DNA of 33,540 bases. Origin: Patescibacteria group bacterium UBA6102 (GTDB lineage: Bacteria; Patescibacteriota; Minisyncoccia; Minisyncoccales; UBA5738). Positions 1 through 7,502 of the stretch are shown piece after piece (positions within the stretch are counted from its first letter, which is position 1; each line of letters starts with the position of its first letter). The stretch spans positions 1 through 33,540 of the forward strand of contig DIWQ01000004.1 of the NCBI GenBank assembly GCA_002423555.1. The letters run 5' to 3'. The notes under the pieces are model-generated. The model was not told the origin of the DNA and did no database searches. It saw nothing but the letters and a program-made list of their open reading frames with translations. The translations under genes and the position numbers were made by a program.

Positions 1-336
1 AAAGAATCCAGCCCGGCCAACGATCAGGATAGCGAAGGAAATCCAATCAATTACAACGAATTCTCCGCGATGATGAAGGGAACATTGAGCCGCTTTTCGT
101 GGAGCGTGGAGGGAGTCGGAACCTCTTGCGGCGGCGGAGGCTATATAATGCCGGTTGATTTATTCATTGAGCACCGTGACCCAATCGGCGGCGCCGGATG
201 TTCCCGGTTTACCTACGGCGACTATGTTTACGCCCCGGAGATATTCAACGATCAAAAAAGCCACATCGTCAGAATGAGCAAAAACCAGGGCGACAAAGGC
301 GCCAACGGAGTGTTTGTCTTCATCTACGGCAATTAG
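1..336 (+). CDS. 3' end of a CDS that starts upstream of the window; function unknown
   Basis: Frame 1 is open from nt 1 to TAG 334-336, so the ATG at 70 in the ORF track is probably internal. No motif recognised. Small membrane protein A follows 42 nt later, the same arrangement seen after the lipase gene. Confidence 0.45.
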   Translation, partial: KESSPANDQDSEGNPINYNEFSAMMKGTLSRFSWSVEGVGTSCGGGGYIMPVDLFIEHRDPIGGAGCSRFTYGDYVYAPEIFNDQKSHIVRMSKNQGDKGANGVFVFIYGN

Positions 337-357
337 CGAATTTGGCGCGGGGGGAAG

Positions 358-447
358 ATCAAAAACTAACAAAACGATATGGCAAAAAAGCAAAAAATAT
401 GGCTGGCGGTTTTTTTGGCGATGTTTCTGGTGCCGGAGATTTTGTGG
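358..447. repeat. Direct repeat copy A (90 bp): 21 nt of upstream leader plus the first 23 codons of small membrane protein A
   Basis: Hand alignment to 3031-3120 gives 88/90 identical (mismatches 366 vs 3039 and 376 vs 3049). Identity stops abruptly after ...gagattttgtgg. Confidence 0.95.
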
Positions 448-723
448 TTTTGTGGCATCAGAGGGAATATTGGAGTGCCGTGGGTTCCAATTGATGGTTT
501 TTCCCAATTGATGGGTATTTTAACAGCTTATTTTACGACATTGATTCCATTTATTGGTTTAGTGGGATTACTAAAAACTATTAAAGAATTGCAAATTAAC
601 AAAAAATTTAAAATCTTCTTATTTATTGTAATAATTCCGATTTTATGTTGGTTGGCGTTTCTAACATTAATGCTAATTTGGGTAATGATTTATTATATTG
701 ATAAAGCCCCTCAAATTGGCTAA
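379..723 (+). CDS. Small integral membrane protein, paralog A (114 aa, about 3 TM segments), unknown family
   Basis: ATG 379. Lys-rich N-terminus MAKKQK followed by three hydrophobic stretches. The first 23 aa are identical to the 3052-3420 product, and both end P-x-I-G-stop. TAA 721-723 lies 4 nt before the next ATG. Body is AT-rich (13/60 GC in 601-660). Confidence 0.7.
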   Translation: MAKKQKIWLAVFLAMFLVPEILWFCGIRGNIGVPWVPIDGFSQLMGILTAYFTTLIPFIGLVGLLKTIKELQINKKFKIFLFIVIIPILCWLAFLTLMLIWVMIYYIDKAPQIG

Positions 724-727
724 ACAT

Positions 728-3028
728 ATGAAGCGATATTTGCCGATGTTTTTACTTCTGTTGATTGCATTTTCTTTATTCGCCTATTCCTGGGCGCAGG
801 AGTTGCCCGAGATTATCATTGAAGACGCGGACGCGACCACCACGATTGATCTGGCAACCCCGCCCGCGGATTTCTTTGTTGTCAATGAGCCTCCGTTTCT
901 TTTATCCGATGAGGTGGCGATTTGCCATGCCGATGCAAGGGAGGTGATTGATTTGGCAACTCCGCCGGAAGATTTTTTTGACGCGTCGGAAGCTGATTTG
1001 CGCTTGTCCGACGAAGTGGCAATCTGCCGCGCCGATGAAAAAATAACCATCAATCTGGTCGCTCCGCCCGAAGAATTCTTTGATCCCGCGCCGGAGGTGA
1101 AAATTTTATCCCGCACGCCGGTGCTTTTTGTGCCGGGATTATTGGGGACGGAGATAAGCGCCGGCGGCAATATGATTTGGATTAATGAAGAAATGTACAA
1201 CCCGTTCAATTCAGATAATTTTATGGACATATTAGCATTTGATAGTAATCTACTGCCGATTAACGCAACAGCATTAAAATATGTAATCAAGGAAAAAAAC
1301 TATTCTCTTTTTAATATAATTAATTTTCATTATGACTACACCCAAGGTCTGATGGATGAATTTGCCGCGCAGGGGTATGATGCGGCGGAGGGTAGCGAGA
1401 GCCAGACTTTTTACACCTTCCCCTACGACTGGCGTTACGGCGCCAGCGGAGTTTACCCCAAACCGAAGGAAACCGGCCAAATGGATGTCACCAACAGCGT
1501 TCTGCTGGGGCGAAGAATTGAAGAGCTGGCAAAAATTTCTCCCACGGGCAAGGTGGACGTGATCGCCCACAGTCTGGGCGGATTGATCGCCAAAAAGTAT
1601 GTTCTGGAAAACGGCAATCCCCAAATCGGCAAGCTGGTGTTTCTGGGCGTGCCGAATTTGGGCGCGCCGCTGGCGGGAAGAGGACTGATCACCGGCACGG
1701 ATTTTGGCGTATTCGGACTAAACCCCCAAGAATTAAAAAAAATCTCTCAAAATATGCCGGCCGCCTATGATTTGCTTCCTGCCAAGAATTACTTTTCCGC
1801 CAAAGGAAGCTGGGTGAGAATTCTCAAAGAAACCGATCGTTGGGGAGTCAACGAGACTCAAAATCTTGACTGGACGCAAACCCGAATCTATCTTGCCGGC
1901 GCGGGCGCCAACAATACCGCCTTGGCCAATGCCGCCAATCTCCATTCCGACGAATTTGACGGCGACAATATCTATGAGATTATGGCAAACAAGAGCATTG
2001 ACAGTTACAATATCGCCGGTTGCCGTTCGGCGACTTTTTCCACCTTGCTGGATATGCAGAACAAAACCGGCGTTCATCAATACTACGATTATTTTGAATT
2101 CGCCAACGGCGACGACACCGTGCCGTTTGAATCGGCCAACCGCAAACTGGCAAAAGACGAAAACACTTTCTACGTCCGCGACGCCAAGCACGGGCAAATG
2201 CCCAGCGCCGACGGCATCTGTCAAAAGATCGCCGGCATTATCTCGCAAAACAACATTCCTTTGCCGAACAATAAAATCATCACCCGCGCCCAATTGCTGG
2301 AAAATGAACGCCTCTGCCGCCTTCTGGGGATCGCGCTCCGCATTGACAGCCCGCTGGCGATCAAGGTAACCGATCAGGACGGCAACATCATTGAAAATGT
2401 TGCCGGCGTCGGCCCCAAAAATGAAATCCCCGGGGCGATGTTTGAAATCAACAACGGCAAAAAATTCGTCTACCTGCCCCAAAATGAAAACCAGCAATAT
2501 CAAATCAGCCTGCAAGGCGAAGGCGACGGTTTTTTCACTCTCACCGCCCGCGCGGTGGAAGATGATCTCCTCCGGGAGCCACGGGTTTTTTCTCTCTTGC
2601 CGGTGTCAAAAAATCTTTCCGGCGGGATTGAATTGAACGGACGGGAAACAATCATTAAAATTGACAACGACGGCGACGGCGAAATTGACCAAACCATTTC
2701 CCAGGATGAAACTTTCACCATCAATGAATTGATGGCCGACTTTAACCGCTATGTTGCCGCCGGACTGATTAAAAACCCGCAACGCACGGTTATTCTGGCG
2801 CAGTTGAAACTCTTGCAAAAAGAATTTGCCGCGTTGGAAAAATTGCAAGCCGACAACCGCTTGCCGCAAAAAGCCAAAACCGCGGCGATTGCCGCGGCGG
2901 GGCGGTTGATCAACCGGCAGATAGATTTGCTGGCCAAAGAAATTCAACTGATGGCCAAGCGGGGAACCGTCGGCAAAGAAATCGCCCAAGCGTTGTTGAG
3001 CGGATTGGAACGGGTGAGGATTAAGTGA
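728..3028 (+). CDS. Secreted LCAT-like phospholipase/acyltransferase (alpha/beta hydrolase) with N-terminal tandem repeats and helical C-terminal extension
   Basis: Start moved from track ATG 698 to ATG 728, because 698 would overlap the upstream gene and 728 gives the signal peptide MKRYLPMFLLLLIAFSLFAYSWA. Motifs: PVLFVPGLLGTE, FPYDWR (YDWR = 1424-1435) and nucleophile elbow AHSLGG (Ser codon 1571-1573), the trio typical of the LCAT/PDAT lipase family. DNDGDGEID is a Ca-binding-like motif near the C-terminus. Confidence 0.8.
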   Translation: MKRYLPMFLLLLIAFSLFAYSWAQELPEIIIEDADATTTIDLATPPADFFVVNEPPFLLSDEVAICHADAREVIDLATPPEDFFDASEADLRLSDEVAICRADEKITINLVAPPEEFFDPAPEVKILSRTPVLFVPGLLGTEISAGGNMIWINEEMYNPFNSDNFMDILAFDSNLLPINATALKYVIKEKNYSLFNIINFHYDYTQGLMDEFAAQGYDAAEGSESQTFYTFPYDWRYGASGVYPKPKETGQMDVTNSVLLGRRIEELAKISPTGKVDVIAHSLGGLIAKKYVLENGNPQIGKLVFLGVPNLGAPLAGRGLITGTDFGVFGLNPQELKKISQNMPAAYDLLPAKNYFSAKGSWVRILKETDRWGVNETQNLDWTQTRIYLAGAGANNTALANAANLHSDEFDGDNIYEIMANKSIDSYNIAGCRSATFSTLLDMQNKTGVHQYYDYFEFANGDDTVPFESANRKLAKDENTFYVRDAKHGQMPSADGICQKIAGIISQNNIPLPNNKIITRAQLLENERLCRLLGIALRIDSPLAIKVTDQDGNIIENVAGVGPKNEIPGAMFEINNGKKFVYLPQNENQQYQISLQGEGDGFFTLTARAVEDDLLREPRVFSLLPVSKNLSGGIELNGRETIIKIDNDGDGEIDQTISQDETFTINELMADFNRYVAAGLIKNPQRTVILAQLKLLQKEFAALEKLQADNRLPQKAKTAAIAAAGRLINRQIDLLAKEIQLMAKRGTVGKEIAQALLSGLERVRIK
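845..1099 (+). repeat. In-frame 102-bp (34-aa) tandem repeat, 2.5 copies, in the lipase N-terminal region
   Basis: Units start at 845, 947 and 1049: IDLATPPADFFVVNEPPFLLSDEVAICHADAREV / IDLATPPEDFFDASEADLRLSDEVAICRADEKIT / INLVAPPEEFFDPAPEV. The copies have diverged at nucleotide level. Confidence 0.9.
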
Positions 3029-3030
3029 CA

Positions 3031-3120
3031 ATCAAAAAATAACAAAACAATATGGCAAAAAAGCAAAAAATATGGCTGGCGGTTTTTTTGGCGATGTTTC
3101 TGGTGCCGGAGATTTTGTGG
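3031..3120. repeat. Direct repeat copy B (90 bp), partner of 358-447
   Basis: 88/90 identity to copy A, 2,673 bp downstream of it. Covers the leader and the first 23 codons of small membrane protein B. Confidence 0.95.
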
Positions 3121-3420
3121 CCACAATCAACAATTATACTCTATTCTTGGATTAGGGAAGTTTTTTTCGGTATTTCACCGGTTGCCGGAGAATTTTCAAG
3201 ATTTAGTATTTTTAGTTTTAATCAATTGCCACAATTATCAAATGCTTTATTTTTGTTGAAAATATTTGGACTAGTTTCTGCTTTTATTTATTCCTTAATA
3301 TTATTTTCCAAATCAAAAAATGTAAAAATATTGATAACAAATATCATTATAGCTTTATTGTTGATTGTTAATTTATTTTATATTTTATTTTTGATAAATT
3401 TTAGCCCTCGTATTGGCTAA
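3052..3420 (+). CDS. Small integral membrane protein, paralog B (122 aa, about 3 TM segments), unknown family
   Basis: Same 23-aa N-terminus as paralog A and the same hydrophobicity layout. Ends SPRIG-stop, and attggctaaa including the stop codon is shared with copy A (715-724 vs 3412-3421). Very AT-rich core (10/60 GC in 3301-3360). Confidence 0.7.
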   Translation: MAKKQKIWLAVFLAMFLVPEILWPQSTIILYSWIREVFFGISPVAGEFSRFSIFSFNQLPQLSNALFLLKIFGLVSAFIYSLILFSKSKNVKILITNIIIALLLIVNLFYILFLINFSPRIG

Positions 3421-3573
3421 AACATGTTTTTCCATTGCGAGATTTACAGCTGTGAGGAGGGCGGGGTGAGCGATCCCAAGCCGGTGCGGTAGTAAGTGGC
3501 GGGAAATAGTGAGAATTTGGCTTTTTGGCGCTTTTGAAGTATATTTAAAATGTGTTTAATGAGGCGTAATGAA

Positions 3574-5319
3574 ATGATTGGAGGGCGGAAAGCCAAAAAA
3601 GTTTTATGGTGCGGGTTGGCGGCGGTAGCGATGATTGCGCTGTTGCCGTTTTTTGCGCGGGCGGATAACTATGGCGATCAGGCGGCGTTCAACATTGACA
3701 AGCAATACGATTCGGCGGGAAGAAGCCAACTTTCGGCATCGCTGGTCTGGGCGGGAGCGAAGATCTATTTTTATGCCGACAATGCCTGGTGGAACAATTT
3801 GGATTCGTCGGAGCGTCAGCGATACGGCACTGTGCTTTCGGGTCTGGATGCGGAATTTTCACGACACATCCAGCCCAAGCTCACGGAGCTTTTTGGCGCT
3901 AGCGCCGGTTCCGGCCCATCCCGCAACGGCAAACTCACAATCTTGATTCATCAAATGATCAAGGGTACCGGCGGCTATATCAACACGGCGGATGGTTATT
4001 CCAAATACCAATCTCCCGGATCAAACGAAAGAGAGATGGTTTATTTCAATGTTTCTTTTGTTGACGCGCCGCTGGCAAAAACTTATCTGGCACATGAATA
4101 TACGCACTTGATCACCTTTAACCAAAAGGAACGTTTGCGCCACGTGATTGAAGAGGTCTGGCTCAACGAAGTCCGCGCCGAATATTCCTCCACGATTTTG
4201 GGTTATGATGCTCCGTTCGGAGGGAGCAATTTCCAGCAACGGGTGAGATCCTTTTTAAACGACTCCGGCAAAAGCTTGACGGAATGGGAAAACGTGCCGG
4301 CCAACTACGGCGCGGCGCATTTGTGGGCGCAATATGTTGTTGACCATTATGGCGTCGCGATATTGGCCGATTCCATGAAAAGCGACCAAACGGGAATTGC
4401 CTCCATTGATTACGCGCTGAGAAAAAACGGCTTTGATGTTGATTTCACCCAAGTTTTTCGCGACTGGATTGTCGCGCTGGCGGCCAATGATTGTTCAATC
4501 GGCCCGAAATATTGTTATAAATATCCGGATTTGCGGGAGTTTGCCGTTTCTCCCCGAATCAATTATCTGCCGGTCTCGGATCAGGTTTCCTTGTCGGTGA
4601 CCTACAACACGCCCTATTTTGCCGCTAATTGGCAAAAAATCACGGGCGGCTCCGGCAGTTTGCGCCTTGATTTTGCCGCCGCCGGGGAGCACAAATTTAT
4701 TGTGCCTTATTTGACTTGCGATTCTGCCGGAAAGTGCTCTGCCGGCGAACTGGAAACCGCCGCGGACGGCAATGCGATGTTGAAAATTGAAGATTTCGGC
4801 CGGCGTTATTCTTCACTGGTTTTGATGCCGTTCGGTTCGGGGAAAAATTTCGGCTTCGGTTCAGGGACAGGAACAATGTTGCCTTATTCGTTTAAAATTT
4901 CAATCGTGCCGACTGAAGTGGCACCCGCCGGAGAAACGGAAAACGAAAAATTGCAAATTGAGGCGTTGCAAAAACAGGTTGATGCATTAAAAGCCGAGAT
5001 TGCCCGCGTGATCGCAATTTTGGCGGCGCGAGTTTCGGTCGCGCCGAAATTTTCCTGCGGCGCGATTACCGCCGATTTATGTTCGGGCGCGGCAAACCGC
5101 GCGCAAATTGTTTGTCTGCAAGAATTTTTGAGATCGCAAGGCAGTTTGATTTATCCGGGCGGACTTTTGAGCGGCAATTTTGACGCCGCCACCCGCGCCG
5201 CGGTGATCCGCTTCCAGGAAAAGCACGCCGCCGAAATTCTTTGGCCGCTGGGGTTGAAATCCGGCACCGGCTACGTCGGCGCCGCCACCCGCGCCAAGAT
5301 CAACCAGTTAATGAAATAA
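3574..5319 (+). CDS. Secreted zinc metallopeptidase (gluzincin, HExxH...WLNE) with coiled coil and C-terminal peptidoglycan-binding domain
   Basis: Probable start is ATG 3574 (MIGGRKAKKVLWCGLAAVAMIALLPFFARA signal peptide); ATGs at 3550 and 3559 are also possible. HEYTH lies at 4093-4107, followed 20 residues later by the Glu of VWLNEV, an M1/MA-clan-like arrangement. The C-terminal LQEFLRSQG...GNFDAATRAAVIRFQEKH matches the PG_binding_1 pattern. Confidence 0.75.
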   Translation: MIGGRKAKKVLWCGLAAVAMIALLPFFARADNYGDQAAFNIDKQYDSAGRSQLSASLVWAGAKIYFYADNAWWNNLDSSERQRYGTVLSGLDAEFSRHIQPKLTELFGASAGSGPSRNGKLTILIHQMIKGTGGYINTADGYSKYQSPGSNEREMVYFNVSFVDAPLAKTYLAHEYTHLITFNQKERLRHVIEEVWLNEVRAEYSSTILGYDAPFGGSNFQQRVRSFLNDSGKSLTEWENVPANYGAAHLWAQYVVDHYGVAILADSMKSDQTGIASIDYALRKNGFDVDFTQVFRDWIVALAANDCSIGPKYCYKYPDLREFAVSPRINYLPVSDQVSLSVTYNTPYFAANWQKITGGSGSLRLDFAAAGEHKFIVPYLTCDSAGKCSAGELETAADGNAMLKIEDFGRRYSSLVLMPFGSGKNFGFGSGTGTMLPYSFKISIVPTEVAPAGETENEKLQIEALQKQVDALKAEIARVIAILAARVSVAPKFSCGAITADLCSGAANRAQIVCLQEFLRSQGSLIYPGGLLSGNFDAATRAAVIRFQEKHAAEILWPLGLKSGTGYVGAATRAKINQLMK

Positions 5320-5333
5320 CAATTAAAAGTATT

Positions 5334-6137
5334 ATGGATAAAAAAATCGGCATTGTCGGAGTGGGTGTTGTTGGTAATGCGGTTGCCAGTGTTATTCCGG
5401 GCGTGTTGCTCTATGATAAATACAAAAACATCGGTTCTGTTAAGGAGGTTAATGAAGCCGAGATTATTTTCGTGTGCGTTAATACTCCTTATAATCCCGA
5501 AAAAGGATGCGATATCTCTGCGGTGGATGAGGTTATTTCTCAAATCAAAGGAAACAAAATCATAGTCATAAAATCAACCGTCACTCCCGGAACAACCGAA
5601 AAAATGCAAGCAAAGTATCCACACCACTCCGTATTGTTCAATCCTGAATTTTTGCGCCAAGCGCATGCTACTGATGACATGAAAAATCCCGATGAGCAAG
5701 TTGTCGGGTATACCGCAAAAAGCAAGCAATACGCGCAAGAAATTTTGGATATTCTGCCCAAATCGGAGCATAACTTTATTGTTCCGTCCAAAGACGCGGA
5801 AATGGCAAAATATTTTTCAAACACCTTTTTAGCGCTTAAAGTTATTTTTGCCAACCAGATTTATGATGTATGCCAGAAAATGGGGATTGATTATGATGCG
5901 GTGAAAGAAGTGGCATCGGTCAGTCCGAGATTCGCGTTTTCTCATTTTGACGTAAATTTTGACGGCTACAGAGGTTATAGCGGCGCCTGCTTGCCTAAAG
6001 ATACCAAAGCTTTAATTAGATTTGGCGACGAAATCGGCGTTGACCTCTCCCTGCTTAAAGAAGCTGATATGATCAATAAAAAACTTTTGTTTTCCAATAA
6101 AGATATTTCCGGCGACCTTCTGAAATTATATCAATAA
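5334..6137 (+). CDS. UDP-sugar 6-dehydrogenase family protein (WbpA/Ugd-like), short form lacking the C-terminal UDP-binding domain
   Basis: Start set to ATG 5334 (MDKKIGIVGVGVVGNAV Rossmann motif); track start 5241 would overlap the upstream gene. Motifs FNPEFLRQA, AEMAKYFSNTFLALKVIFANQIYD and catalytic-Cys motif GACLPKD (Cys codon 5988-5990). Only about 48 aa follow the Cys. Confidence 0.7.
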   Translation: MDKKIGIVGVGVVGNAVASVIPGVLLYDKYKNIGSVKEVNEAEIIFVCVNTPYNPEKGCDISAVDEVISQIKGNKIIVIKSTVTPGTTEKMQAKYPHHSVLFNPEFLRQAHATDDMKNPDEQVVGYTAKSKQYAQEILDILPKSEHNFIVPSKDAEMAKYFSNTFLALKVIFANQIYDVCQKMGIDYDAVKEVASVSPRFAFSHFDVNFDGYRGYSGACLPKDTKALIRFGDEIGVDLSLLKEADMINKKLLFSNKDISGDLLKLYQ

Positions 6138-6145
6138 CGAAATAT

Positions 6146-6943
6146 ATGGAATACATAATTGTTGGCTCCGGTTTTATTTTCAGGCGGCACCTTCTTTCAA
6201 TAAAGGAAACCGGCGGCGAAATATTGGATGTTGTTAACGAAACGCACGGTCGGGGAGACGAATGGAAAAAAGCGATTACCAATCCCGACGCGGATTGCGT
6301 GGTTATTCTTGCGCCGAATTATTTACATTATGAAATCGCCAAGGCCGCCAATGAAGCGGGGAAGACCGTTTTGTGCGAAAAGCCGCTGGCGTTAAAATCC
6401 GAACACGTGAAAGATTTGGCTGACCGAAAAAATATTTTTGTGGTCCAGCAGTTGCATTATCACGAGGGAGTGATAAAAATGAGGCGTGAAATATCAAAAG
6501 ATAAACATTATGATATTCACATTGACGTTGATGTTCACCGCGACCGGCACTATTTTGACGGCTGGAAAGGCAATATGGAGTTATCCGGAGGGCCGTTATT
6601 TACTCTTGGTGTTCATTATTTTGAACTTTTGCTGTATCTGTTTGGCCCCGCGACCAGAGCACAGATGACCAGTTTTGACGGTAAAGCCGGCCAGGGGATC
6701 ATTGAAGGAGCCAATTACAACTGTCAATGGCGCGTGAGCGTGGGGGCTCCCGTTGGCCAAAACAAAAGATTTTTCAACGTTAACGGCATTGCCTTAAACC
6801 TTTCCGGCAAGGAAAACCTGGCCGAAGAGAACCTGCATAATTTCGTGTATCAGGATTTACTGCAAGGGAGGGGAGTGACCCCCGCACAAGCTCTTCCGGC
6901 AATTGAATTGATTGAAAAATTATATGACGATTACCATTCATAA
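6146..6943 (+). CDS. wbpB: Gfo/Idh/MocA-family oxidoreductase, WbpB-like (UDP-GlcNAcA 3-oxidase type)
   Basis: Motifs APNYLHYEIA...VLCEKPL, QQLHYHE, GWKG...SGGPLFTLGVHYFELLLYLFG and LHNFVYQDLLQGRG follow the WbpB-type layout as I recall it. Synteny with the acetyltransferase and aminotransferase genes supports the call. Confidence 0.6.
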   Translation: MEYIIVGSGFIFRRHLLSIKETGGEILDVVNETHGRGDEWKKAITNPDADCVVILAPNYLHYEIAKAANEAGKTVLCEKPLALKSEHVKDLADRKNIFVVQQLHYHEGVIKMRREISKDKHYDIHIDVDVHRDRHYFDGWKGNMELSGGPLFTLGVHYFELLLYLFGPATRAQMTSFDGKAGQGIIEGANYNCQWRVSVGAPVGQNKRFFNVNGIALNLSGKENLAEENLHNFVYQDLLQGRGVTPAQALPAIELIEKLYDDYHS

Positions 6944-7502
6944 AACTGCCGAAGTATCAATCAATGCCAAAATCGGCAAGGGCACGAAGATTTGGCAAAA
7001 CGCGCAAATTGCCGATAACAGTGAAATCGGAGAAAACTGTGTCATTGGCCATAATTGCGCGGTCTTTGGCGCAAAAATTGGCGACGGCGTTAAATTGGAA
7101 TCCAATGTTGACGTTTGGCGGGGGGTATTATTGGAAGATTTTGTCTTTGTTGGCCCTTCGGCAGTTTTTACCAACGATTTGAATCCGCGGGCAAAATATC
7201 CCAAAAAAGATTTTTCGCAATATGGCCAGTGGCTTTCAACTTTAATCAAAGAGGGAGCGACTATCGGCGCCAATGCCACAATCGTTTGTGGGACTGTCGT
7301 TGGCAAATGGGCCTTTATTGCCGCTGGAGCGGTTGTCAAGGGGGAAGTTCCCGATTATGCGTTGATGGCCGGGGTTCCCGCCAAGCAAATTGGCTGGATG
7401 TGCGAATGCGCCAGCAAACTTGTTTTTAAGAACGGTATGGCGGCATGCAAAATCTGCGGTCGGAAATATATAAAATCGGGCAATGTTATAAATGAATCGT
7501 AA
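6924..7502 (+). CDS. wbpD: Left-handed beta-helix N-acetyltransferase, WbpD/WlbB-like
   Basis: Hexapeptide repeats (IGKGTKIWQNAQIADNSEIGENCVIGHNCAVFG...) and a C-terminal GVPAKQIGWMCECASKL motif typical of this subgroup. ATG 6924 (MTITIH) is preferred; ATG 6912 is possible. Overlaps the upstream stop. Confidence 0.6.
   Translation: MTITIHKTAEVSINAKIGKGTKIWQNAQIADNSEIGENCVIGHNCAVFGAKIGDGVKLESNVDVWRGVLLEDFVFVGPSAVFTNDLNPRAKYPKKDFSQYGQWLSTLIKEGATIGANATIVCGTVVGKWAFIAAGAVVKGEVPDYALMAGVPAKQIGWMCECASKLVFKNGMAACKICGRKYIKSGNVINES

Noticed and set aside
698-727. Longer 5' starts offered by the ORF track (698 for the lipase; likewise 5241, 12653, 14601, TTG 8805, TTG 25881, TTG 16073)
   Set aside because: Each extension overlaps the preceding gene or adds residues before an obvious signal peptide, Rossmann motif or family N-terminus. 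An internal ATG right after the upstream stop gives the canonical N-terminus.
1733-2515. 260-aa ORF on the minus strand inside the lipase gene
   Set aside because: It is antisense to a CDS with clear catalytic motifs. The product is low-complexity and Arg/Gly/Ala-rich with no motif, which is typical of a shadow ORF in a GC-richer coding region.
379-3420. The two small proteins as RiPP/bacteriocin precursors (conserved leader, variable core), or as targets of a diversity-generating retroelement
   Set aside because: The conserved 23 aa are themselves a hydrophobic TM/signal-anchor, and the cores are ~90-aa multi-TM segments rather than short modifiable peptides. No modification enzymes, double-Gly site, reverse transcriptase or template repeat occurs in the window.
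3424-3492. 22-codon ORF starting at the ATG that occupies, after small gene B, the same position as the lipase start after small gene A
   Set aside because: It could be the stub of a lost cassette gene, but it is too short, has no similarity to the lipase N-terminus and could be chance. It is used only as context for the repeat finding.
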